32,980 bases of DNA. Origin: a virus (Duplodnaviria; Caudoviricetes). The position numbers and the translations under genes were made by a program. The stretch's first letter is position 1. Each line of letters starts with the position of its first letter. The stretch covers positions 1-32,980 of IMG/VR virus record IMGVR_UViG_3300005298_000008; one strand, written 5' to 3'. A model generated the notes under the pieces. The model was not told where the DNA came from, made no database searches, and saw nothing but the letters and a program-made list of their open reading frames with translations. Below, piece by piece: positions 20,048-28,926 of the stretch.

Positions 20048-20674
20048 CTAAATTGGGTTCCAGTTTATTGAAGTATCAATGTTCCTTAAGCTTCCTTCCG
20101 CACCCAAAATACTTCTTATAGTTTCAAGTCTTAAAGATAAGAAGTTTTGTTCGACTAGCGTTGGTCTTTCATTTCTGTTATGCGCCCTTATAACCGCATA
20201 TTCTACAATAAAGGGATGGAAAATTTCATCCAAAGGAACTTCATCTCCTAAACTGGAAACATTAGGAGGAGCGGGGATGTAAAATATATAAAGCTTCTGG
20301 TCAACTCCCGGAACTGGAGCGACCACAAGGTTTTTCCCTTGCCTTGCCCAGTAAAGAGCTTTTGAGGGAGAAGAGGTTTTTATAATAGAAAAACACTGAT
20401 CTAAAGGAAGCTTCGTAAGTTTCATCCCGTTTTCATCCATTACAAAATAGATATAAGTAGAGTCAGGAGGAATTGCCGTAGAATAACTTAAAGCAGGAAT
20501 AGTAACCTCAACTGATTGACTAAGCCAGTCAGGAGCCTCTGAGGCTATAATTTGATAAATAAATTTATAACCTTCTATGAGATACTTGAAAAGCTCGTCA
20601 TCTAACCAAGTGACCGCTGAAATTTCTGACAAGTCGTAGCGAACTCTTAGAAGGAGGTCATTAAAGATCGCCAG
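20048..20674 (-). CDS. Head-tail adaptor / tail tubular protein A, probable CTG start
   Basis: Frame extends upstream of the track's TTG as (M)AIFNDLLLRVRYDLSE..WLDDELFKYL; 'LVVAPVP', 'FHPFIVEYAV' typical of adaptors. Confidence 0.75.
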   Translation of the reverse strand: MAIFNDLLLRVRYDLSEISAVTWLDDELFKYLIEGYKFIYQIIASEAPDWLSQSVEVTIPALSYSTAIPPDSTYIYFVMDENGMKLTKLPLDQCFSIIKTSSPSKALYWARQGKNLVVAPVPGVDQKLYIFYIPAPPNVSSLGDEVPLDEIFHPFIVEYAVIRAHNRNERPTLVEQNFLSLRLETIRSILGAEGSLRNIDTSINWNPI

Positions 20675-20703
20675 GGCATCTTCCTCCTCTCCCCGAGCAA
20701 GTT

Positions 20704-20940
20704 TTACCGCTTTTTAGCTATTTTTCTTGCGTTTTCTGCGAAGATTGCCCTTCTTAGTAAAGTAGTATCGCCACGCTCTTTTGCAATCTTTTTAGCTAAA
20801 TTTATCGCCTCTTGGGTTACTCCCTTAAAGCCGTGCCGTTTACACCAGGCAGTAAATGCACCTTCCGTTCCTTTCTCTTCCATCCTTTCCGCTGCCTCTT
20901 GTAGCCACTTCTCTTCCTTTTTACTCTTCTTCTTGCCCAT
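20704..20940 (-). CDS. Small basic protein (MGKKKSKKEEKWLQEA...RRAIFAENARKIAKKR)
   Basis: ATG at 20940 with GAGGAGG upstream; K/R-rich; possibly DNA-binding or virion-associated. Confidence 0.65.
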   Translation of the reverse strand: MGKKKSKKEEKWLQEAAERMEEKGTEGAFTAWCKRHGFKGVTQEAINLAKKIAKERGDTTLLRRAIFAENARKIAKKR

Positions 20941-21319
20941 CGGGAATAACTTCCTCCTCTTCAGGATTATAAGTATCTTCAATTATAGCTTTATCATCAA
21001 CCACTCCTGCCTTTTGAAGTGCCTCTTTAAGCTTATCTGTATCAATAGTAGTCTCCTTTTTCTCTAATCCAATATACTTCCACTTTAAATCTAAAAGGTT
21101 TAGAAGCATCTTAACTATAGTACTTTTTTGCTTATTATCTCCCCGTTTAAAGGAAGTATATAGATAAGCGAGAAGCTCTTCAATTAAGTCTACATCGGAA
21201 GAAGGGAGAAGCTCTTTCTCGACTTCAAAAGAAGAAAGGCTTTCAGTTTCAGAAGCCCTTTTTGAAAGAGAGTTAAGGAAGTTTTTTACCTCGGTTAAGT
21301 TTAAACTTCTTTTTTCCAT
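20921..21319 (-). CDS. Hypothetical protein with acidic tail
   Basis: ORF tightly packed in the operon; no recognised motif. Confidence 0.6.
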   Translation of the reverse strand: MEKRSLNLTEVKNFLNSLSKRASETESLSSFEVEKELLPSSDVDLIEELLAYLYTSFKRGDNKQKSTIVKMLLNLLDLKWKYIGLEKKETTIDTDKLKEALQKAGVVDDKAIIEDTYNPEEEEVIPDGQEEE

Positions 21320-21321
21320 AA

Positions 21322-21636
21322 TTACATGCTTCCTAGAAACTCAATGTTAAACCTGCTTACAGTATACTCCTGCCCGGTAGAGGGATTAATCTTTCTTATC
21401 TTTGCATCACACAAAATTTGGTAAACTTCCCAAGGTAGATCTACAGGAACGTTTAACTTTATCTGGTAAAGCGTTCCATTAAAGCCTACAACTATATCTT
21501 CCAAATTAGTATGGAAGGGAGAAGTAACCCTAGCCCTAACCTTCCTTGGCAAAACCTCAGAAGGGAAAGGGGTCATTGTAGGCTGATCCTCAATTCCCTC
21601 AATTATCTGATTATTCTCAATTTTTCCTCTTGCCAT
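21322..21636 (-). CDS. Conserved post-capsid protein (N4 gp55-like)
   Basis: 'VVGFNGTLYQIKLNVPVDLPWEVYQIL' pattern seen in genes after N4-gp56-type capsids. Confidence 0.55.
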   Translation of the reverse strand: MARGKIENNQIIEGIEDQPTMTPFPSEVLPRKVRARVTSPFHTNLEDIVVGFNGTLYQIKLNVPVDLPWEVYQILCDAKIRKINPSTGQEYTVSRFNIEFLGSM

Positions 21637-21661
21637 CCTTTTCCCTCCTTAAAACTTTATA

Positions 21662-21684
21662 GGGGAGGGAGGTTATCCCTCCCC
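21662..21684 (-). terminator. GC-rich hairpin after the capsid gene (leaky terminator or stabiliser)
   Basis: GGGGAGGGA-5 nt-TCCCTCCCC perfect 9-bp stem, 8 nt after the capsid stop; poor U-tract. Confidence 0.7.
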
Positions 21685-21691
21685 CGGATCA

Positions 21692-22708
21692 TTAGGTTCT
21701 ACCTGAGTTTGTAGCTGCACATTCAATGCGAACTAACCAAGCATCATTAAGAATAACCGCAGTGTAGTAAGCTTTCCAACCTATGGTAGATCTCTGGTTT
21801 AGAGGATCAGATCTATCGTAAACATCTCCATCAGAAGTCTTGATTATTATATCAACGTCATCTTTATTGCCAAGATGTACACATCCGTAAGCATCGGCAC
21901 CAAAGATTATCACCGGGTAAACATCGGCTTTTCCGGAAGTAGCCAAAACATCTTCACTGGTAATACTTGCACCCGCACCAGCCCATTTAGGTACTAAGGT
22001 ACTTTCAAGGAATCTTATATCCTGCCATGCGCCAATTTCTGCCTCATCTATAACATCAGTAACCATTGCGTAACGCTCAACCGGGATAAACCCAGGAAGC
22101 TTAGCTATATCACGAGCCACGTCAGGATGGCAAATTCCTATATAAGCAGGCTTAATCGGATAAGTGTTAAACCCGGTAGATGCTTTAACAACTTCAGTTA
22201 TCTTTCTCGCATTCTGCCTCTTGAGAGTTCTTATCGCAAGCTCTAAATCCGCCGCCGTTATAATATCTTTCACGCTGCTTCTTCCTGCAACTCCCCCAGC
22301 ATATATCACGTTGGTTCCGGCAAGCAATACATTATAGGTAACTAAATCTAAGGTCTGACCAGCCTGCTCTCCAAGTACCTCTACAAGCTCAGTTATAACT
22401 GGATCTACAGACATTAAAGTTACTTTGTCAGAAATGGTTAAGTAATACCCGTAAAGCTCAAGCTGCGCAGTAATATCAGTTACAGAAGCGGTACCACCAG
22501 TTGGAGTTACACCTTCCTGCAAAGGAGTTGTAGCTAAAGGAAGTGCATTATACCTTCGGAACTTTATGGTATCGCCGCTTTTTGTTTTTAACGGACGATT
22601 TTGCCCGAATTTTTTTGCTACAAGACGAGGTAAAGCTCTCTCAAGTAAAGTTCTCTCATAAAACTCCTGTACCGGAAGCGGTATCTGCGTAGTGGTATTT
22701 ACAGTCAT
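21692..22708 (-). CDS. Major capsid protein, N4-gp56 family
   Basis: 'TIKFRRYNAL', 'LQEGVTP', 'HPDVARDI..LPGFIPVERY', 'DVYPVIIFGADAY', 'DPLNQRSTIGWK', 'ILNDAWLVRIE'. Confidence 0.95.
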   Translation of the reverse strand: MTVNTTTQIPLPVQEFYERTLLERALPRLVAKKFGQNRPLKTKSGDTIKFRRYNALPLATTPLQEGVTPTGGTASVTDITAQLELYGYYLTISDKVTLMSVDPVITELVEVLGEQAGQTLDLVTYNVLLAGTNVIYAGGVAGRSSVKDIITAADLELAIRTLKRQNARKITEVVKASTGFNTYPIKPAYIGICHPDVARDIAKLPGFIPVERYAMVTDVIDEAEIGAWQDIRFLESTLVPKWAGAGASITSEDVLATSGKADVYPVIIFGADAYGCVHLGNKDDVDIIIKTSDGDVYDRSDPLNQRSTIGWKAYYTAVILNDAWLVRIECAATNSGRT

Positions 22709-22735
22709 TTAGACTCACCCTCCAATATTAGATTG

Positions 22736-22773
22736 TTTTTAGTTTGCATTCTTTTAAAAATGCAAACTAAAAA
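22736..22773. promoter_or_regulatory. 15-bp inverted repeat in the capsid 5' leader
   Basis: TTTTTAGTTTGCATT-8 nt-AATGCAAACTAAAAA. Confidence 0.7.
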
Positions 22774-22781
22774 AGTGTCCG

Positions 22782-23762
22782 TTAAGTTTTCCCTCTGAGC
22801 TTTATCTCTCCGAGAAGCTTTTTAAATTGATTGTCATCTAAGTCCCAGATTGATTTAGCTTCCTCTAACATCTTATCATCGAAGGTGGTAGTTGCTGCTG
22901 TGGGTTTTTCGATAGTAGGGGGAGCTTGTTTCGACTTTAGTTTTGTTACCTTTTGCTGCGCTTGAGCTTTTTTGTTTGCTTCTTCTAAAGCTATAAGTTT
23001 ATTTCTCAGGGCATTGTAAACGGCTAAGAAGGTTTGGGGGTCTCTGTCTATAGCCTGGATTAATCCTACAGGAAAGTTTGAAGGGGGATTAACTGCTAAG
23101 TCTGCCATGAATCTTAAGATGATATCTGCGTATTTAGGATCTTGCATTCTGAGGTTTTGGATAAACATAGTTGTATTAAAGGTATGAAGGTAAGGAGCCA
23201 TTTTCTCTTGGATGGTTTTTTCAATAACTTTATCAATAACATCACTAGAGGAACTTTCCCTTTCTTCCTCGGACCTGGAGAGCCCCTCTTCGGAAGATCT
23301 CATTTCCCCCGATAAATTGATATACCTTTTTACATCTTCGCCTCGCAACCCACGCTGGATTAGCTCTTTTACTTCAGGATGTTCTTGAATAAATTTGATC
23401 TCATTAGACCACTGTTTAAGCCGGTTCATCTTAATTGCGTAATCAACGCCCATCTGAGCATAACGAATGAGATCTTCCATAGAATAAACAGGTATCTGTT
23501 GCCCATAAACCTTTAACACGGCAACGGCCTGTTTTTCGGAGGATGCTTCCTTCTCTTCTCTTACTTCCTCCCGCCCTTCTTGCTCCTCAGAAGTAGAAGT
23601 TAAACCTTCTTCCCGAGAAGCATTGGAAGTAGGAGGCTGAGAAGTTAGAAGGTCAGCATACTTTTTAATTAAAGCATCCTGTTCCGAAACGGCCTCTTGC
23701 CCTTCCTTAGGAACTTGGCTTCCTTCACCAGTGGTTCCTAACTCCCTATCCTCTTCGGACAC
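22782..23762 (-). CDS. Capsid scaffolding protein
   Basis: Acidic N-terminus, 'LKVYGQQIPV..EDLIRYAQMGVDYAIKM', C-terminal 'IWDLDDNQFKKL'; immediately before the capsid gene. Confidence 0.8.
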   Translation of the reverse strand: MSEEDRELGTTGEGSQVPKEGQEAVSEQDALIKKYADLLTSQPPTSNASREEGLTSTSEEQEGREEVREEKEASSEKQAVAVLKVYGQQIPVYSMEDLIRYAQMGVDYAIKMNRLKQWSNEIKFIQEHPEVKELIQRGLRGEDVKRYINLSGEMRSSEEGLSRSEEERESSSSDVIDKVIEKTIQEKMAPYLHTFNTTMFIQNLRMQDPKYADIILRFMADLAVNPPSNFPVGLIQAIDRDPQTFLAVYNALRNKLIALEEANKKAQAQQKVTKLKSKQAPPTIEKPTAATTTFDDKMLEEAKSIWDLDDNQFKKLLGEIKLRGKT

Positions 23763-23765
23763 TGG

Positions 23766-24011
23766 TTATCCCTCCTCAATAGCAAACGTTTCTATTGTAG
23801 ATAAAAACTCATCAATCCCCTTAATTGATAAAAGCGTTTGATAAATTTTCGCCATATGTTCCCCGGAACCAAAAGAAATATTGTTTGTAGGATAAAGAAT
23901 GGACCGAAGCAACGCATCCTTATGAACATCCTTCAAAACCAATAAAGCTTTCCAACCATCAGAATTAACTACCTGCCGAGCTAAAGAACGTAACCTCTCT
24001 TGAAACTCCAA
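23766..24011 (-). CDS. Small protein between portal and scaffold
   Basis: Probable TTG start 7 nt after the GGGAGGG RBS; 'VVNSDGWKAL' typical of this syntenic gene. Confidence 0.6.
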   Translation of the reverse strand: MEFQERLRSLARQVVNSDGWKALLVLKDVHKDALLRSILYPTNNISFGSGEHMAKIYQTLLSIKGIDEFLSTIETFAIEEG

Positions 24012-24031
24012 AATATCGCCCTCCCTTTCCA

Positions 24032-24064
24032 TTAATATTATCACAAAAAACAGAAAATTTTTTA
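24032..24064 (-). promoter_or_regulatory. Putative late promoter, copy 1 (TAAA-N15-TGTGATAATATTAA)
   Basis: 17-mer TTTTGTGATAATATTAA at 24032-24048 identical to 31110-31126; both intergenic and just upstream of an RBS. Confidence 0.7.
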
Positions 24065-24068
24065 CAAT

Positions 24069-26027
24069 TTAGCTTAAATTTTTAAAATTTTGTTCTAATT
24101 TAGGCAACTCTTCCTTTTGGGGTTCTTCTGGGGTTTTGAGGAATCTTGAAACATCTTTAAAGCCTAAGTTGAATAGGAGTTCTTGCACTACATTATAGAT
24201 GTGTTTTGGAGTAACCAATCCTAATTCGGCTAAGGATGGAAGAAGGTTTAGTATTTGGATGAGTTTTTGCGCTTGTATTTCTCTTAAGCCTGCGCCTATA
24301 CCGACGTTTACTATTAAATCGAAGGATCCATCTAAGGCATCTGGGGTTATTCTAAGCTCCTTATTAAATAGTCTGATAACCAACTCTTGGCTTACAAACT
24401 GCTGGTTTAGTGAGATCAACTTCATAAACAATCTCTTAACTCCGGTCTCGGCAAAAATTCTGGCTATAAGCTCTATTCTCTGCTGAGCCGCTGAGATCAT
24501 CGCCGCAACTCCGGTAGCCGTTTTTGACACAGAAAGCATATTTGCCGGAAGCCCCTGGAAGAATCGATTAACGCCAGTTCTTATCTCCTTTTGAATATCT
24601 AAGTAATCAAGCAAGTTAAAAACATAGGCCGGTAATGGAGTGGTAACAAGTTCCCTAACGGCATTAATATCGTTGGCTTCTACAATACCTCCAGGTCGTG
24701 ACTTAGCTAAAGAATGAAGGTTTACACCTCCCCCTCGTTGCACTAAATACATCTTATTTGTAACAAAAGCTATATTGTCTAAAATTTGCCTAAATAATGC
24801 AGTCTTTATTTGCTGAATTTCCATTACCAATTCGGATAAGGAAATTCCGTAAAACTTATGGACATCGATGATTGGTACTAAAACTTCGAAAGGAGGTTCG
24901 CCGTGTTCGAAGGGGTTCATTTCTACTCTGACAACGACATCGTTTGCTATAGTTACCAGTAAAGGTTCAAGTAAGCCGTCTCCGTCTACATCAAGTTTTA
25001 CCCAACACTCCCAAACTTCAACTAACTCTCTTCCTGAGGATGCTGGGGGAGAAACCGCCCATTCCATCCGTTTATCTTCTGGATAAACCATTAACTCTTC
25101 AGGAATCTTAGGTGGAGTTTCTAAAGGAACTATTTTATCTACATTATGATAGATCCCTTCTCTTTGCATTTTTCGCATATAATCCATAGTTCTTATGGTT
25201 CGATGCGCAACAAAGTTAGCCTCCGCTATCGACTTAGCCCCCGGCTCAATGAAAAAGTCTACAATCGGGATATTTTCAATAAAAGGTCCCTCATAAGAAA
25301 GCTTCTTATAAAACCCAACAACATTCTTATAAACAATCCTCTTAACCGCCACCGCATTCCCTAACTCATCTACAGATGTTATCTCCTCTTCATACTCATC
25401 AAAACCTTCAATTGAAACATCGCTCCTAAGCTTTAAAGCGTTAAACTCATCTTCAGAAAGCTCTTCAAAGAAGAAGTTTTTCTTTTCATAACGCTTTTCC
25501 CATCCTACCTTTATAATCCCTGTTCCATAAATTAATGCTTCTTTAAACCATTTATAGGTTTTTAAGAAGCCGTCCATCTTATAATTAAATTGGTAGTTTA
25601 GCAGGTCTTGCATCAACTTAGCTGCCTCTTCATCTTCTGCTGATACTGGGTTAACTACCACAACATCTTCACTAGCTAAAAATATTCTCATTAAAGAGGG
25701 CATTACCCATTCTATTGTATCCATAACGTCTGCACATACTATCTGGGACCTTCCTGCTTCTTGGTATTTAGGGTCTAAAATTGCTTTATAATGCTTATAA
25801 ATTTCTCGCCATTTAGGGATGAAAAACCTTTGGTAATTTTTAGCTGCCTCTATATCCTTTTTGACTAACTCGCATATTTCATCTTCGGTTAGATACTTTT
25901 TTTCTGAGATGGAAAATCTTTCCCCTTCGCTTTCCAAGCTAACTTCCAGGTCTAAGTTATCGCTTTCTTTTACTTCCGGTAAGTTTAAGATCTCCTTAAC
26001 TAGCCCTACAGGCTCTAGTTCTTCCAT
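24069..26027 (-). CDS. Portal protein (P22 gp1-like podovirus portal)
   Basis: 'GRSQIV..DVMDTIEWVMPSLMRIF', 'EALIYGTGIIKVGW', 'TATGV..MISAAQQRIELIARIFAETGVK'. Confidence 0.93.
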   Translation of the reverse strand: MEELEPVGLVKEILNLPEVKESDNLDLEVSLESEGERFSISEKKYLTEDEICELVKKDIEAAKNYQRFFIPKWREIYKHYKAILDPKYQEAGRSQIVCADVMDTIEWVMPSLMRIFLASEDVVVVNPVSAEDEEAAKLMQDLLNYQFNYKMDGFLKTYKWFKEALIYGTGIIKVGWEKRYEKKNFFFEELSEDEFNALKLRSDVSIEGFDEYEEEITSVDELGNAVAVKRIVYKNVVGFYKKLSYEGPFIENIPIVDFFIEPGAKSIAEANFVAHRTIRTMDYMRKMQREGIYHNVDKIVPLETPPKIPEELMVYPEDKRMEWAVSPPASSGRELVEVWECWVKLDVDGDGLLEPLLVTIANDVVVRVEMNPFEHGEPPFEVLVPIIDVHKFYGISLSELVMEIQQIKTALFRQILDNIAFVTNKMYLVQRGGGVNLHSLAKSRPGGIVEANDINAVRELVTTPLPAYVFNLLDYLDIQKEIRTGVNRFFQGLPANMLSVSKTATGVAAMISAAQQRIELIARIFAETGVKRLFMKLISLNQQFVSQELVIRLFNKELRITPDALDGSFDLIVNVGIGAGLREIQAQKLIQILNLLPSLAELGLVTPKHIYNVVQELLFNLGFKDVSRFLKTPEEPQKEELPKLEQNFKNLS

Positions 26028-26041
26028 AAAATTCCCCCCTC

Positions 26042-27466
26042 TTAGGGTAAATAAAGATTAAGCAACTCATAGTCAGGTTCCCATTCTTCTTCTGCCGGCT
26101 TTTGATAAAGGGTATTTTCCATCAAGGAAACCGCTAAGGATACCGCATCCACTCGGTCATCGTGTTCTGCCTCTCCACTTAAAAACCTCTTAAACTCATC
26201 TAAAAACTCTCTATGATCATGACATGTAGGATCTATAAAAAATCTACCGTTAGAAATTTTAGGCTCTAAATACCCCAAAATCCTTTCCTTTTTACTTCCT
26301 TCTCTACCGGTAACCTTAATCGGTACAAGAGGCAAAAACTCCCCACGACTTCTTAACTCCTCATCCAAAGCATTGAATAAAGCTTTCTGCATTCCGGTAA
26401 CCTCAATGCCGATCTTTCTTAAAGGATAGTTGCGTGAAATTCTTATAAGATGATCGATTATCTTAGAAGGAAGCATTTTTTCGGCTACAACTTCAAACAA
26501 GTAAACGTTTCCTTCCTCGTCATGCCCTAACACCGCAATTGCTGTATTATCGGCATCAGTCTCTAAAGAAGCTGCAGGATCTACCGCCGCATAGTAAATT
26601 ACCTTTTTCTTTAGCGTCCACTTGTCAAAGTATCTCACATAAGATAGGTCCAAGCTTTCCTCTAAAGGAAGCATTGGATCATTCATATATTCTGCATAAA
26701 AGTCTGCCAATCTCCCTGCACGAATGTAAGAGTTTTTTATCTTCAAAATGTAGTTTAAAGGGAAGCGATCTTCCCAGAGAGATGTTCCGTCATCTTGAAT
26801 TAACTTAAACAAAAGAGGGTTCCATTCGTTTAACTTCAATAAATCTGCAATTAAGGATTGCGGATGTAAGTTAGTTCCTACCACTATCACCTTACCCGTT
26901 ATAGGCTCAATTGCGGGGATAACTTCTCCCCAAAACCACTTCTTCAAGTTTTCTCTTGGAGTTTTTCGATAGGCAGTAGCGTTGCTTTCCAAATCATCCC
27001 CGATAAAAAGTTCAATCCTTTTATCCTTAACTATCCCTCTGACCGACTGCCCATTTCCTAAAGCAAGTATCCTCACCCGATTAAAAGGAGTTGCAATAGC
27101 TATATCACTCTTAGTCCAAGGTTCTGAAGGTTGTATTTTAAACAAGTTTCTCAATTCAGAGTTATTTAAAACTTGGTCTTTAATTCTGTCTAAGTGTATA
27201 CAAGCTTTGGTCCATGTTTCGGAAGCTATTACTATAAGAGAGGCTAAGCCGAAGCAAACATTGTAAAGCGTCCAGATTAAAGTAACGATGGTTGACTTAG
27301 CTGTCCCCCTGGGAGCTACAATCACTTGTCTGGGTCTTCTTTGTTTTAATGCCTCATAAATCGTCTTATGAAACTCTGGCATTTTATTAAACATTAAATC
27401 CTTAAAAAAATAGGAGGCAAAAACTACCGGTTCTGCGAAGACCTCATAAACAGTAGGAGCTCCCAT
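26042..27466 (-). CDS. terL: Terminase large subunit
   Basis: Walker A 'APRGTAKST', Walker B 'FIGDDLE', nuclease 'AVDPAAS' and 'HDDRVDAVS'. Confidence 0.95.
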   Translation of the reverse strand: MGAPTVYEVFAEPVVFASYFFKDLMFNKMPEFHKTIYEALKQRRPRQVIVAPRGTAKSTIVTLIWTLYNVCFGLASLIVIASETWTKACIHLDRIKDQVLNNSELRNLFKIQPSEPWTKSDIAIATPFNRVRILALGNGQSVRGIVKDKRIELFIGDDLESNATAYRKTPRENLKKWFWGEVIPAIEPITGKVIVVGTNLHPQSLIADLLKLNEWNPLLFKLIQDDGTSLWEDRFPLNYILKIKNSYIRAGRLADFYAEYMNDPMLPLEESLDLSYVRYFDKWTLKKKVIYYAAVDPAASLETDADNTAIAVLGHDEEGNVYLFEVVAEKMLPSKIIDHLIRISRNYPLRKIGIEVTGMQKALFNALDEELRSRGEFLPLVPIKVTGREGSKKERILGYLEPKISNGRFFIDPTCHDHREFLDEFKRFLSGEAEHDDRVDAVSLAVSLMENTLYQKPAEEEWEPDYELLNLYLP

Positions 27467-27487
27467 GGGTAAGGTTCCCCCTCCCGC

Positions 27488-28174
27488 CTAAACTCCCAAA
27501 ATTTCTTTCAAATAGTCAACGTTTAAAGAAAACATAGTATAAAAAGTATCAACGCACGAAGCTAAAATCCCTTGTAACTCAACAAACAAATCAATTAACT
27601 CCGGGAAGCCTTGTTCCTTTTTTAAATAGTTTAAAACGGGGAAAAGTTGTTCCCATCCTAAATTAGTAATTGTAAAAACCATGAAGTAAATTAAAGGAAG
27701 CAGGGGATCTAAATTTTTCTGTTTTGTCAAAGATACAAAAATTGCTGAGTTAATGGGAAAACCTGCCCAAATTTCACGAATCCTAGCTAAATAATTCCTA
27801 AAACTTGCAATATAACTTTGCCAGTAAATATCATCTACCTGATCTCGAAGTTTAAAGAGAAAGTATAAAGGGTTAATCACAGAAAAGGTAATCCCGCTTT
27901 CAAAAAACACAACTCGAGGAAAAGTTTCCCCTTCTAAAATTTCCTCAAGCTTACTTACGCTATTTTCCGCCACCTTTACCATATTGTCTAAATATTCTAA
28001 AAAATACCTATTTTCATGCTTTTCGTTAATTCCTTTCATGAAGAGAGAGTGCAGATCAATTTTTGTATCTGGATCGAGAAAAAGGATTACTATATCTTTG
28101 GATTCTTTTAAAAGTTGCTTGAATATGTTACTTTTGTATGCCTCGACCGGAGAAAGGAGTTCGATAAACTTCAT
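27488..28174 (-). CDS. Hypothetical protein (228 aa)
   Basis: AAGGAGG RBS; no recognised motif. Confidence 0.65.
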   Translation of the reverse strand: MKFIELLSPVEAYKSNIFKQLLKESKDIVILFLDPDTKIDLHSLFMKGINEKHENRYFLEYLDNMVKVAENSVSKLEEILEGETFPRVVFFESGITFSVINPLYFLFKLRDQVDDIYWQSYIASFRNYLARIREIWAGFPINSAIFVSLTKQKNLDPLLPLIYFMVFTITNLGWEQLFPVLNYLKKEQGFPELIDLFVELQGILASCVDTFYTMFSLNVDYLKEILGV

Positions 28175-28187
28175 TTTATTTTCCTCC

Positions 28188-28604
28188 TTACCCTTTTAAG
28201 GTAGCTTCTTCATGTTTAGGGAGTTTTTCTTTTACTTCTTGGATTAGATCTTCGTTTAAAGACCCAACTTGTAAGAAAATTGCGAAGAAGACCTCTAAAG
28301 GCAAGGCAGCCCAAACTTCCCTTTTTCTTCGTGCGATTAAAAGAGGGAAAAGACCTTCTTTTTCCGCATTTTCTTGAGCTTGGATAACTGCTTTCCAAAA
28401 AGAAAGCTTGTTTCTGTTTTTACACTCTACAGCAAAGGGGAACTTTTCTTTAAGGGTAGAGGCAACCCACACATCCGCCCCCGCCGCCGACTTACTTCGA
28501 ATTAAAACTCCATCTAAAGGTAAATTAAAAATTTTGGAAATTGCTTTTCTAACCCAAAACTCAAACTTTCTACCACGATCTCTTAAACTTTTAACCTTAG
28601 CCAT
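28188..28604 (-). CDS. Holliday junction resolvase-like PD-(D/E)XK nuclease
   Basis: 'RGRKFE', 'GADV', 'FAVECKN', 'QAQENA', 'PLLIARR'; probable start ATG 28604. Confidence 0.85.
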   Translation of the reverse strand: MAKVKSLRDRGRKFEFWVRKAISKIFNLPLDGVLIRSKSAAGADVWVASTLKEKFPFAVECKNRNKLSFWKAVIQAQENAEKEGLFPLLIARRKREVWAALPLEVFFAIFLQVGSLNEDLIQEVKEKLPKHEEATLKG

Positions 28605-28605
28605 C

Positions 28606-28926
28606 TTACCCCACAATCAAGTTAAAATCGTTATACTGCTTTTCTGCATAAAAAGGATAAGAAACAAAATGGATTAAGGCAATTATTCCTGGAAGGATTA
28701 AGCCCAAATGAGTTAAAATCAAAGCATAAGCCAACTCAAAACCAAAGCCGGCTATCCCAATAAAAGCTTTTTTCTTCCAACACAGGTTCGCCTCATTTAA
28801 ACTAAAAACTAATCTATAACGACGAATTTTCCATTTAAGATTGACCCCGAAAACACTCGCAGCTACAAAATGCCCCAACTCATGAACCAGAAAACACCCA
28901 ACCCCTAAAAGCAAGCTAAACAGCAT
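28606..28926 (-). CDS. Small membrane HExxH protein, peptidase M50/site-2-protease-like
   Basis: 'LVHELGHFVAASVFG' in a TM helix; 'IGIAGFGFE' at the position of the AGP motif; start ATG 28926 after GAGGTGG. Confidence 0.7.
   Translation of the reverse strand: MLFSLLLGVGCFLVHELGHFVAASVFGVNLKWKIRRYRLVFSLNEANLCWKKKAFIGIAGFGFELAYALILTHLGLILPGIIALIHFVSYPFYAEKQYNDFNLIVG

Noticed and set aside
20921-21319. Small terminase subunit
   Set aside because: Size and helical character fit, but there is no recognisable motif and it is far from terL; left as hypothetical
21692-21760. Programmed frameshift extension of the capsid protein
   Set aside because: No slippery heptamer seen near the 3' end, and the next gene has its own RBS
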